Below, one piece after another: positions 1 to 8,915 of a DNA stretch of 64,000 nt. The DNA lies in assembly GCA_021739765.1 (NCBI GenBank), contig JAIPBD010000021.1, positions 2,453-66,452 on the forward strand, in the 5' to 3' direction. A model generated the notes under the pieces. That model had not been told where the DNA came from and searched no databases. It saw only the letters and a program-made list of their open reading frames with translations. The DNA is from Melioribacteraceae bacterium (GTDB taxonomy: Bacteria; Bacteroidota; Ignavibacteria; Ignavibacteriales; Melioribacteraceae). Numbering within the stretch: the first letter of the stretch is position 1; each line of letters starts with the position of its first letter. The position numbers were made by a program, and so were the translations under genes.

Positions 1-123
1 AAACTCTCTAATCCATTTAGTATAAGCTTCTTCTGTTTTTTTGCTGTAGCGGTTTCTTTGTAATGAGATTCTTACTTGATCAAGTAGTTTAGGTTTCTTT
101 AGTATTTTTATTGAAGTGGTCAA
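1..123 (-). CDS. Tyrosine recombinase, N-terminal fragment (IntI/XerD-like SAM-like domain); continues past left edge
   Basis: Reverse translation from TTG at 123-121 gives (M)TTSIKILKKPKLLDQVRISLQRNRYSKKTEEAYTKWIREF. This matches the KPKLLDQVR..YS.rTE.aY..WI..F signature of integron-integrase-like/Xer recombinase N-termini. An in-frame stop lies upstream at 133-135. Not in the ORF track because the window truncates it. Confidence 0.55.
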   Translation of the reverse strand, partial: MTTSIKILKKPKLLDQVRISLQRNRYSKKTEEAYTKWIREF

Positions 124-319
124 TTTATCCCGTTAAAAAGAGTTGAAATCTTTTGTTCCCAAAATAATTGAATGTCAGATAGAAGATAAGTAGTAAATAT
201 ATACTATACAAGAGTAAGAGATCAAAAGGTAAGTCTTTGTAATGCCCGCAAATTTCACGCTCATCATTTCCCGGCGACGAAATACAATTTTTTTCGCCCC
301 GATGCATTTTCTGTGATGC

Positions 320-802
320 AACGTCACTTTTTCATGCCCTGGCGTCATTTTCCTCTGCCTTGGAATCATCTTCTCATGCCCCGGAATCATTTCCTCATGC
401 CCTGGAATCATTTCCTCATACCCCGGAATCATTTCCTCATGCCCTGGAATCATTTCCTCATACCCTGGAATCATTTTCCCCTGCCTTGGAATCATTTCCT
501 CATGCCCTGGAGTCATTTCCTCATGCCCTGGAATCATTTTCCCCTGCCTTGGAATCATTTCCTCATGCCCTGGAATCATTTCCTCATTCCCCGGAATCAT
601 TTCCTCATTCCCCGGAATCATTTCCTCATTCCCTGGAATCATTTCCTCATTCCCTGGAATCATTTCCTCATTCCCTGGAATCATCTTCTCATGCCCCGGA
701 ATCATTTCCTCATGCCCCGGAATCATTTCCTCATGCCCCGGAATCATTTCCTCATGCCCTGGAGTCATTTTCCCCTGCCCCGGAATCATTTCCTCATGCC
801 CT
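320..802. repeat. 21-bp tandem repeat, about 23 copies (consensus ggaatcatttcctcatgccct)
   Basis: Units start at 341+21k up to 782, plus one degenerate unit at 320. Variants (catgccct, catacccc, cattcccc, ttttcccctgcctt) occur in runs. All six frames are open, which produces the artefactual ORFs 175-852, 313-804 and 360-971. Confidence 0.95.
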
Positions 803-806
803 GATT

Positions 807-1434
807 TTCTCGGATGACAAAGCCCATGGTTTGGCAAATGAACTCGGCACACAACGTAGCTTAACCACCATTTCTATGTCACTACCTCCTTTTCACTATC
901 CAATTTTGGATAATCACGCTTCTGAAAAGATTACCAGAGCTCAGGGGCAAGGAGTGGTCCATTCTCTCTGAGTACAAAACCGCAACAACCGTGAGAATTA
1001 CTCTGCCCTTATTGCCTGGCTCAGTCCTATGCCCCATGCGCAAATCCCTTTGCTTTACGCTCTACGCTAAACGCTTCAAACTTCCGAGGGTGTCACGATC
1101 ATAATAGCGATCCGATTAATTTCTCAGATGACAAAGCCCATGCTTTGGCAAATGAACTCGGCACACAACGTAGCTTAACCACCATTTCTATGTCACTACC
1201 ACCTTTTCACTATCCAATTTTGGATAATCACGCTACTGAAAAGATTACCCGAGCTCAGGGGCAAGGAGTGGTCCTTTCTCTCTGAGTACAAAACCGCAAC
1301 AACCGTGAGAATTACTCTGCCCTTATTGCCTGGCTCAGTCCTATGCCCCATGCGCAATTCCCTCTGCTTTACGCTCTACGCTAAACGCTTCAAACTTCCG
1401 AGGGTGTCACGATCATAATAGCGCTCCGATTAAT
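807..1434. repeat. 314-bp direct tandem duplication (2 copies), non-coding, visibly GC-richer than its flanks
   Basis: ttctcRgatgacaaagcccatg recurs at 807, 1121 and 1435, giving a period of 314. The two copies are near-identical over the full length and directly abut the 21-bp array. Confidence 0.9.
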
Positions 1435-2197
1435 TTCTCGGTTTACTTATCGAGGCATTCCTAAATAGTAACGCCGAGATAACAAACAGTACTGAGAAAA
1501 ATGCGTTCAAAAATAGAATACCCGCAAACCCCGGGCTTGCTTCCAGGGTTGAACTCCAGAATATTAAAGCGATAAACGGCACCGAGATTTGGACGACCGC
1601 AGTTGTAAACATCGTTCGTGCCATTCCAAGTGGTTTTAGATTTGCAATAACCGCACCGATTATTCCGGTTGAGATCACTCCCAAATAAAGTAAATTCGCC
1701 GGATTATCTTCTGATCCGATTATTCCGACAGCGAGGTTAATCCAAATTAAGAGAAATCCCGATACTACGGCAATACCGACCGCAAATCGATATGCAGTTC
1801 TATCCGAAATTTGGGATATCAAGACGTACGTAATTCCGGTTCCGAAAAGCAGTATACCCATCACAATAAAATCGAACACACTCCAGTTAACTTCATTTGT
1901 AAATTGCATTGCGATTAAAGGAGCCATTAGGATGGCCGCGGTAACGAAAGCAACGTACCAAATTTTAAGACGAATGCTGCTTCTAATTTTTTTAATGGTT
2001 TTTAGCTCCAGATCCTCGGGAACAGAGTTGTTCTTAGGAAATAGATCGGTTTCTAATTTGCCGGTTTTAATTAACGCGGCAATCTCCGGATCGTTTTCAG
2101 CGAATTTTTCAACTAAACTTTTTGATTCTTCGCTTGCTTCGCCTTCAATGTAGGCAGGTAATAAATCTAATATTACATTTCTGGGAATGGATTCCAT
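1430..2197 (-). CDS. Putative membrane anti-sigma factor (polytopic)
   Basis: Lies immediately downstream of an ECF sigma gene. The N-terminus DLLPAYIEGEASEESKSLVEKF resembles an anti-sigma N-terminal helix. About 5 hydrophobic helices follow. Confidence 0.5.
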   Translation of the reverse strand: MESIPRNVILDLLPAYIEGEASEESKSLVEKFAENDPEIAALIKTGKLETDLFPKNNSVPEDLELKTIKKIRSSIRLKIWYVAFVTAAILMAPLIAMQFTNEVNWSVFDFIVMGILLFGTGITYVLISQISDRTAYRFAVGIAVVSGFLLIWINLAVGIIGSEDNPANLLYLGVISTGIIGAVIANLKPLGMARTMFTTAVVQISVPFIALIFWSSTLEASPGFAGILFLNAFFSVLFVISALLFRNASISKPRN

Positions 2198-2214
2198 TGT
2201 ATTCTCCTATAATT

Positions 2215-2718
2215 TCAAGTTTTTGTTTTTTCACGATTTGTTCGCCATTCCACGAGTTTCAATCTTAATCTGTGTACTTTAACTTTGGCGGATGATAAAG
2301 AGATATTGAGTGAGACGGCAATTTCACTATAAGACATTCCATCCGCCCGAAGAAGCAGAGCGGAACGATCGATTTCGGGAAATGTCCGCAAGTAAGTTTG
2401 TACGATTTCCAAATCTGATTTGTGACTGACTATGTTTTCCAAATGTGCGGATGAATCCGGAAGTTCGGTTGGAAATTCCGTAAGTCTATTTTGACGTCTG
2501 ACTGATTCCAAATAAAGATTCCGCGCGATGGTGAGCAAATATCCCTTAACGGTAGCGGTTACAATAGGCGTCTTGCCGGTGAGGACTCGCGAAAAAGTTT
2601 CTGCCGTAATATCTTCGGCTTCGGTTTTGTCTCCACAAAGGAACAAGGCAAAGCGGTAAATATCATTCGCGTAACGTGTGAATAAATCGTGGAAGTCGTT
2701 GTTAAATATTTTGCTCAT
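2215..2718 (-). CDS. ECF-type RNA polymerase sigma-70 family factor
   Basis: Region 2 (DIYRFALFLCGDKTEAEDITAETF) and region 4 (GMSYSEIAVSLNISLSSAKVKVHRLRLKL) are present. Start moved to MSKIF at 2718; the 20-aa track extension is not sigma-like. Confidence 0.85.
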   Translation of the reverse strand: MSKIFNNDFHDLFTRYANDIYRFALFLCGDKTEAEDITAETFSRVLTGKTPIVTATVKGYLLTIARNLYLESVRRQNRLTEFPTELPDSSAHLENIVSHKSDLEIVQTYLRTFPEIDRSALLLRADGMSYSEIAVSLNISLSSAKVKVHRLRLKLVEWRTNREKTKT

Positions 2719-2807
2719 ATATATAGAATATGGATTTGTCCTCCAAAAGTTACATATCAACATATAATAATTTAGCATGCTTTGTCAGTTGGTTGAATCT
2801 TTCCCCG

Positions 2808-3428
2808 GAGTGTTAGTCCCCGGTCTCATTTTTCGGATTTGCTGTGGTGGATTTCTGTCGGAAATAGTACACTGGATTTTTTAAATGAGTGATTGAGATT
2901 CCGGATCGGAGTCCGGAATGACAGATAGAAAGAGAATTCTGAAAAAAGATCGTCAATTTGAGCTTGTCTGCTTGCGGGTTAGTCTTCGGTTTCACTTTTT
3001 TCGGATTTGCTGTAGTGGAATTCTGTCAGAAATAGTACACGCGATTTTTTAAATGAGTGATTGAGAATCCGGATCGGAGTCCGGAATGACAGATAGAAAG
3101 AGAATTCTGAAAAAAGATCGTCAATTTGAGTTTGTCTGCTTGCGGGTTAGTCTTCGGTTTCACTTTTTTCGGATTTGCTGTAGTGGATTTCTGTCAGAAA
3201 TAGTACACGGGATTTTTTAAAGGAGTGATTGAGATTCCGGATCGGAGTCCGGAATGACAGATAGAAAGAGAATTCTGAAAAAAGATCGTCAATTTGAGCT
3301 TGTCTGCTTGCGAGTTAGTCTTCGGTTTCACTTTTTTCGGATTTGCTGTAGTGGATTTCTGTCAAAAATAGTACACGGGATTTTTTAAATGAGTGATTGA
3401 GATTCCGGATCGGAGTACGGAATGACAG
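2808..3428. repeat. 168-bp tandem repeat, about 3.7 copies, each with a hairpin attccgga-tcggag-tccggaat
   Basis: tttcggatttgctgt recurs at 2831, 2999, 3167 and 3335. Each unit carries ttgagat-[hairpin]-atgaca and a second palindrome atttctgtcagaaat. Confidence 0.9.
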
Positions 3429-3482
3429 TTGTAAAACGGTTTTATAATATTAGGTTTGAGCTATTCTGGATTTCGTTAAAGA

Positions 3483-4001
3483 TTATGGAATTGATTTGGA
3501 ACATTCGACGCAGAAGCCTGAACCTTTAATGTCAACTTCCTCAATTCCTCCGGAAGTGTGCATCAAGCAGTCCCAATCGTGGCAATGTTTTAAGTTGAAG
3601 GTGTGGCCGAGTTCGTGCAATACTTCTTTAAGGGTTCTTTCAAAAAAAAGTTTTTGGTTAGTTTTCCCGGTGTAAAATTCTTCATGTAATCTGCAAAGTG
3701 AAACGATGGCGTGTTTACCGTTAAATTGTGCTTCACCAAAAATGTATGTAAAAACGGGAACGAAAAGATCATCCTCGAATAAAATTAAAACTTTGTCTTT
3801 TACATTTCCGGTAAATTTCGCGGCTTCCTGAATTATTTGAGTTGAATAATATTGCCTTCGTTCTTCGGAATAAAACTTTTTGATATCAAGGTTTAATTTC
3901 AATTCCTGTGTGCTGAAGTTATAGTAACGGGAGAGATGATCTTCGATGTATTTAATCAGACCTTTATCAACATTTCCGATTGGGGCGATATTTATAATCA
4001 T
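3483..4001 (-). CDS. Archaemetzincin-family zinc metallopeptidase (M54)
   Basis: HELGHTFNLKHCHDWDCLM followed by CVEC matches the archaemetzincin signature HExxHxxGxxxCxxxxCxM...CxxC, except that N replaces the G. Confidence 0.8.
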   Translation of the reverse strand: MIINIAPIGNVDKGLIKYIEDHLSRYYNFSTQELKLNLDIKKFYSEERRQYYSTQIIQEAAKFTGNVKDKVLILFEDDLFVPVFTYIFGEAQFNGKHAIVSLCRLHEEFYTGKTNQKLFFERTLKEVLHELGHTFNLKHCHDWDCLMHTSGGIEEVDIKGSGFCVECSKSIP

Positions 4002-5347
4002 TGCGGCTGATATTCTTTGAGGCCGTATTTGTTAATTTTGTTGTAGAGTGTGACTCTATCAATCTGAAGTTTTACCGCGCTTCGGGAAATGTTCCAGTCG
4101 TTCTCCGCAAGGACTTTTAGGATATGCTGTTTCTCAATTGCCGCGAGGGAGTTATCATCCGGACTTGTAATCTGTGATCGGTGGAACGGGAGGTCATCCA
4201 TTTGTACTTCGTTTGATTTTCCTACAACAACAGCTCGTTCAATCGCGTTTTCCAGTTCACGAACATTTCCGGGCCATTCGTAATTAATCAAAAATTCAAG
4301 AGCTTCATCAGAGATCTTTTTGATGTTTTTGTTCATCATCGAAGTAAACTTGTTCAAGAAATAATACGCAAGCAGTTGAATGTCTGTTTTCCTTTCACGC
4401 AATGGGGGAATATTGATTGAAAATACATTTAGCCGGTAATATAAATCCTCGCGGAATCCGCCTTCCTTGACTAAGTTTTCCAGAGATTCGTTTGTCGCGG
4501 TTATAACCCTAAAGTCACTTTCGATTACTTCGTTTCCACCGACCCGTGTAAATGATTTTGATTCAATAACTCTTAACAATTCAATCTGCATTTTGGGTGA
4601 AAGAGTTCCTACTTCATCGAGGAAAATCGAACCGCTGTGCGCCATTTCGAATTTCCCTTTTCTTTTGTGATGCGCACCGGTAAAAGCTCCTTTTTCATGT
4701 CCGAACAATTCGCTTTCTAAAATCGATTCCGCAAGAGCGCCACAATTAACGGTAACGATAGGAAAATATTTCCGTTTGCTGTTAAGGTGAATTGCTTTCG
4801 CGACAAGTTCTTTCCCCGTTCCGCTTTCACCCCTTATCATAACTGTTGTGTCGGTTGGGGCGACAGTATTAACAAGGTCGAAAATTTTTTTCATTTGCGG
4901 GCTTTCGCCAATCAGATTGTCGGGTTTAATTATGCTGTCGATCTGTGCTTTAAGCTGCAAATTTTCTGTCTGTAACTTTCTCATATTTAATGCTTTTTGC
5001 ACAAGATTGCTCAATTCATCCGGATCGACCGGTTTTGTTACATAATCGAAAGCTCCGATTTTAAGGGCTTTAATCGCCGATGGAACCGAGGCGAATGCCG
5101 TAATTAGTATAACAATACAAACCGGATCAATCTCCTTAATTTTCTCCAGCAATTCTATTCCGCCCATTCCGGGCATTTTCATATCGGTTAATACGAGCGC
5201 GTATTTTCCCGCTTCAAACTTCTTTAATGCTTCGTCACCACTTGCCGCGGTTTCAACATCAAGATCATCCTCTTCAAACCAATGGAGCAAAGAATTTCTT
5301 ACAATTGCTTCATCATCAACGATTAATATTTTTGAGTTATGTGACAT
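3998..5347 (-). CDS. Sigma-54-dependent response regulator (NtrC family: REC + AAA+ + Fis HTH)
   Basis: REC domain (ILIVDDE..LVLTDMKMPGMGG), Walker A GESGTGKE, GAFTGA motif, C-terminal HTH. Overlaps both neighbouring genes. Confidence 0.9.
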   Translation of the reverse strand: MSHNSKILIVDDEAIVRNSLLHWFEEDDLDVETAASGDEALKKFEAGKYALVLTDMKMPGMGGIELLEKIKEIDPVCIVILITAFASVPSAIKALKIGAFDYVTKPVDPDELSNLVQKALNMRKLQTENLQLKAQIDSIIKPDNLIGESPQMKKIFDLVNTVAPTDTTVMIRGESGTGKELVAKAIHLNSKRKYFPIVTVNCGALAESILESELFGHEKGAFTGAHHKRKGKFEMAHSGSIFLDEVGTLSPKMQIELLRVIESKSFTRVGGNEVIESDFRVITATNESLENLVKEGGFREDLYYRLNVFSINIPPLRERKTDIQLLAYYFLNKFTSMMNKNIKKISDEALEFLINYEWPGNVRELENAIERAVVVGKSNEVQMDDLPFHRSQITSPDDNSLAAIEKQHILKVLAENDWNISRSAVKLQIDRVTLYNKINKYGLKEYQPQ

Positions 5348-6941
5348 TTTCTACTTCTGTTTTATTTAGTGGGAGTGAAAGTTTCATTGATGTACCCCGC
5401 GCTGAGGTTTCTTCCACTCGAATTGTTCCTTTATGATTTGCGATAATTCCGTACGCGATCGAAAGTCCTAAACCCGTTCCTTTCCCAATTGATTTTGTGG
5501 AATAAAATGGTTCGAAAATATGTTCGATATCATTTTTGGGAATTCCGCTTCCGTTATCAATCACACGAATCGTCGCATTTTTATTTTCTATGGAAAGGGA
5601 AATGCGAATATGACCGTCCTTTCCGACAGCTTCGATAGCATTCATAAATAATGAAATTAATGCCTGTTGAATTTTCTGTGAATTTCCGTTTATCGGTATT
5701 TTTTCTTCTTCCGGAATTTCCTTTTCAAGTTTGATGTTGTTCATCTCGAGATGATGATTAATCAAAGTTATACTTCGTTTCAGAGTATCAAGAAGATTGA
5801 ATTCTACAAATGCCTCATCTCCTCGGTGTGAAAATACTAGAAGGTCCTTCACAATTTTTCCGCATCGGGCTGATTCATCGGAAATCAATTCTAGAAATTC
5901 AATTATACTTTTGTACTGTTCCGGGTTTTCCTTTTTGTAAAGTTTTTTCTGGATCAGTTTACTGTAAGTTAAAATCCCTTCGAGTGGATTGTTCAATTCA
6001 TGCGCGACCGATGAAGAAAGTTTTCCAAGCGAAGCCAATTTTTCAATTTGTATAATCTGATTGTAAACAGATTTTAACTCTTCGGTTTTTTGTTCGACTT
6101 TTTCTTCAAGATGTTCGTTTAGCGATTTTATTTCATTCTGCGCGATTAATATCCTTTCTGACATCCGGTTGAATTGGGACGCCAGTTTTTGAAATTCGTC
6201 CGATGATGTCACCTCGATTTTATGTTCGAGATTTCCAGAAGCCAACTGATCAATTCCGGTTTTAATTTCGTTTAATGGTTTATTCACAAAAGCGGAGATA
6301 AAAAGTCCGATTAATACCGCGATTATTACCGTACTTCCAACCGTATTTAGTATTACACTTTTAAGGGTGTCGTTTACAATTTTATCGATGTGTTCGGTTG
6401 ACATCATTACTTCGAGAATGCCGAGAATTCTTTCATCTTTAGTATGTGCATGGCAGGGGGCGCTCCAACACGATTCATGGTTCTCAATCGGGTTTACTAA
6501 AATTATAGATTTCTGTTCATTTGCCATATCCTCAATTTGAATGCGGTCATTTAATGAAAGTGATTCGAGTGTAACTGAGTTATCATGGCATGGGGAGCAA
6601 AGATTGGAATTGATGTCAATTTCTTGATTGAGCATCGATAGATCGGATGTGTGCTGAACCAATCCTTTCTTATCGATAATATTGATTAACTGAATGCCCG
6701 GTTCTTCGCTGATGTGATCAATCATTACGGCAAGTCGTTCATCGTCATTGTAGGTCATACTCATCCGAAGACTATTTTTGATCACTTCACTAAAATTGTA
6801 TGTGCTTTGCCCGATGGTTTGAATCAGGTCTTTTCTTAATTGCCATGAAGTGAAAAATATTTCAGCGGCGAGTAGAATTATCAAAGTGAGTATAATTATT
6901 CCGATAAGTTTAATACCGATTTGATTCATAAATCTTTTCAT
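5337..6941 (-). CDS. Sensor histidine kinase with HAMP domain and heme-c motifs in the periplasmic loop
   Basis: TM helices at about aa 11-31 and 199-218. The loop between them carries CSPCH (aa 115-119) and CWSAPCH (aa 158-164). HAMP, H-box SSSVAHELNNPL and HATPase_c (GTGLGLSI) follow. Confidence 0.9.
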   Translation of the reverse strand: MKRFMNQIGIKLIGIIILTLIILLAAEIFFTSWQLRKDLIQTIGQSTYNFSEVIKNSLRMSMTYNDDERLAVMIDHISEEPGIQLINIIDKKGLVQHTSDLSMLNQEIDINSNLCSPCHDNSVTLESLSLNDRIQIEDMANEQKSIILVNPIENHESCWSAPCHAHTKDERILGILEVMMSTEHIDKIVNDTLKSVILNTVGSTVIIAVLIGLFISAFVNKPLNEIKTGIDQLASGNLEHKIEVTSSDEFQKLASQFNRMSERILIAQNEIKSLNEHLEEKVEQKTEELKSVYNQIIQIEKLASLGKLSSSVAHELNNPLEGILTYSKLIQKKLYKKENPEQYKSIIEFLELISDESARCGKIVKDLLVFSHRGDEAFVEFNLLDTLKRSITLINHHLEMNNIKLEKEIPEEEKIPINGNSQKIQQALISLFMNAIEAVGKDGHIRISLSIENKNATIRVIDNGSGIPKNDIEHIFEPFYSTKSIGKGTGLGLSIAYGIIANHKGTIRVEETSARGTSMKLSLPLNKTEVENVT

Positions 6942-7014
6942 AATTACTCGTTCAATTACTTACCGGAATACAAAAATAACAAATTCTTATAAAAAGATTC
7001 TTATAACCGATTAA

Positions 7015-7722
7015 TCAAATATATTTTTTGATGAGGTTCATGTGATTGTTCTTTCCGATAACCATCGAAAGTGATTCGGCTTTTTCACCGCCGTCGTACA
7101 TTGTGTTGTCAACGAAAATGCTTTTTTTGAATAAATATAACTGACTGAGTGTTTGATTCATTAACTGCTTCATATCGTTTATCGATTGTTTTTCTCTCGC
7201 AAGATCATCCTCACTAACTTCAATTAAACTCAGCCAGTTTTTATTTTCCCCGGACTCCTTTTCAGATTTGAATTTCGATATTTGATTAAAACTGATCGGT
7301 GCTTTTATAACGATCTTTCCAAAATTATTACTCACCGATATCCAATTATCATCCTTCCATATAAAATCAGAATTGGAAATAAACTCGACTTTTGAATTCC
7401 TTCCCAATAACGCTGTGAGCGGATCAACCAATTTTATGTAATATTTATTCGCGAATACTTTTTTTAGACAAGCAGCTTTGTTTAGATAAATAACTTCATT
7501 ATCAATTATTTGATCTTCGAAGAAATGAATTGTTTTGTTCAGGATATCGGAAGTTGTTTGATCGCCGAGGTCAAGGTTTGTGAAAGAATCTTCACTTGAA
7601 ATATTACGAATAACCTTATCGAACCGGCAATTTTCACAATCGAAATTTTTATCGCAAAGTTTATATTCAACAACTCCCGATGACATCCACACACATTTTA
7701 AATCTTCCAAACTGCTTGTCAT
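7015..7722 (-). CDS. Hypothetical protein, N-terminal 4-Cys motif plus possible GcvH-like fold
   Basis: C10-x12-C23-x5-C29-x2-C32 (CVWMSSGVVEYKLCDKNFDCENC). The central region (NSKVEFI..GKIVIKAPISF) loosely resembles a lipoyl/GcvH-type hybrid barrel. Last gene of the NrfCD-like operon. Confidence 0.5.
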   Translation of the reverse strand: MTSSLEDLKCVWMSSGVVEYKLCDKNFDCENCRFDKVIRNISSEDSFTNLDLGDQTTSDILNKTIHFFEDQIIDNEVIYLNKAACLKKVFANKYYIKLVDPLTALLGRNSKVEFISNSDFIWKDDNWISVSNNFGKIVIKAPISFNQISKFKSEKESGENKNWLSLIEVSEDDLAREKQSINDMKQLMNQTLSQLYLFKKSIFVDNTMYDGGEKAESLSMVIGKNNHMNLIKKYI

Positions 7723-7733
7723 TCTAATTACCT

Positions 7734-8915
7734 TTACTTTGAAGGTGCCAATTCATGCGGAGTCTCAAATGAAATCAATGATTCCTTTTCTTCCGCTTTA
7801 TGTTCGAAGACCGGGAAGTAATTTGATAACCATTTGAATACAATAATACCAACCACAACCAAACTCATTGTAATACTGATCTCACCAAGCGATGGAAAAT
7901 AAATATCGCCGGTGGTATAAATAATTGAAGTGACACTTACATTCAGTCTGTTTAAAATAAATCCTGTTACAACCAATACCGATGTAAGGTATAACCACTT
8001 CCGATCCATTCTGAATTTTTTGCTTGAAAGTAAAATCGCCGGAACGATAGTTCCTATACCGATTTCGATATAAAACATAAATGTTTCAATCTCTGGTTTG
8101 AATAGAAAAGCGAGTTTTCCTTCCAGAACAATATCAACTAATCGCATTGCCAGGGTAATAACCAAAAATGCCATTGTAATTCTTGAAATTTCCGAGAGAA
8201 GTGGAAATTCAATTTTATGCCCCATTCCACGCGCGCTCGTATATGATTCGAAAATCACCATCGCAAATCCAACTGCGATTGCGCTCAGGTAGAAATAGAC
8301 CGGTAAGAAAGATGAGTACCACAACGGATGCATCTTTTGCGGAATTATTAAATACATGGAACCGAGAGATGATTGATGTAATGTTGAAAGAACGATTCCG
8401 AGAATGTAAATAGGAACAATAACTTTTCTTAGCAAAGTGAGAGTTTTTTGCCATTGGAATTTTTCCAACGCAAATGATAAAAACTCAAGGAACAGAACCG
8501 TTAAATAAAGCATTACACACCAAGCGACTTCAAACATTACTGAGCTTGGATTCCACATAATTAACGGATGCCAAATATTGTAAGGTTTCCCGAGATCGAA
8601 CATTAACGCCAACGCGACGAATGCGTAACCGAGAAAAGCGGTTAAAATTGCAGGTCGTGAAAGCGGTTTGAACTTTTCGATGTTGAAAATATGCGTAACG
8701 GCAGAAATCGTAAATCCACCGGCTGCCAATCCAACTCCGCAGAGAATATCAAATCCAATCCAAATTCCCCAGGGAAATTCATCGGATAAATTTGTTACCG
8801 CTCCCAATCCATAAACGAATCGAACGTATGTAAAATATACGCCGGATAGAAGAATAAGTGCCGCGATTCCACGCCAGAAAGTGAATTTTTCTAATATTTT
8901 CTTAAGCATTTTCAT
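7734..8915 (-). CDS. NrfD/PsrC-family integral membrane quinone-interacting subunit
   Basis: 393 aa with about 10 TM helices. Overlaps the upstream 4Fe-4S gene by 14 nt, the typical NrfC-NrfD pairing. Confidence 0.8.
   Translation of the reverse strand: MKMLKKILEKFTFWRGIAALILLSGVYFTYVRFVYGLGAVTNLSDEFPWGIWIGFDILCGVGLAAGGFTISAVTHIFNIEKFKPLSRPAILTAFLGYAFVALALMFDLGKPYNIWHPLIMWNPSSVMFEVAWCVMLYLTVLFLEFLSFALEKFQWQKTLTLLRKVIVPIYILGIVLSTLHQSSLGSMYLIIPQKMHPLWYSSFLPVYFYLSAIAVGFAMVIFESYTSARGMGHKIEFPLLSEISRITMAFLVITLAMRLVDIVLEGKLAFLFKPEIETFMFYIEIGIGTIVPAILLSSKKFRMDRKWLYLTSVLVVTGFILNRLNVSVTSIIYTTGDIYFPSLGEISITMSLVVVGIIVFKWLSNYFPVFEHKAEEKESLISFETPHELAPSK

Noticed and set aside
175-971. Long ORFs 175-852 (-), 313-804 (+) and 360-971 (+), encoding heptad repeats such as PGHEEMI, WNHFLMP and ESFPHAL
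   Set aside because: All frames are open only because a 21-bp (7-codon) unit is tandemly repeated. Three mutually overlapping ORFs cannot all be real. None has a signal peptide, a plausible start context or non-repeat domains. A genuine heptad-repeat protein on the minus strand cannot be fully excluded.
2719-2778. N-terminal extensions of track ORFs at 2719-2778, 19044-19115, 10380-10442, 20381-20392 and 21616-21627
   Set aside because: The extensions start at non-ATG codons or precede obvious signal peptides or conserved N-termini. Some overlap upstream genes. Internal ATG starts give canonical N-termini.
124-3440. Integron cassette array downstream of the integron-integrase-like recombinase
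   Set aside because: I found no attC-type sites (paired RYYYAAC ... GTTRRRY inverted cores). The only genes here form a sigma/anti-sigma operon in the opposite orientation to that expected for cassettes. The recombinase class cannot be determined from 41 residues.
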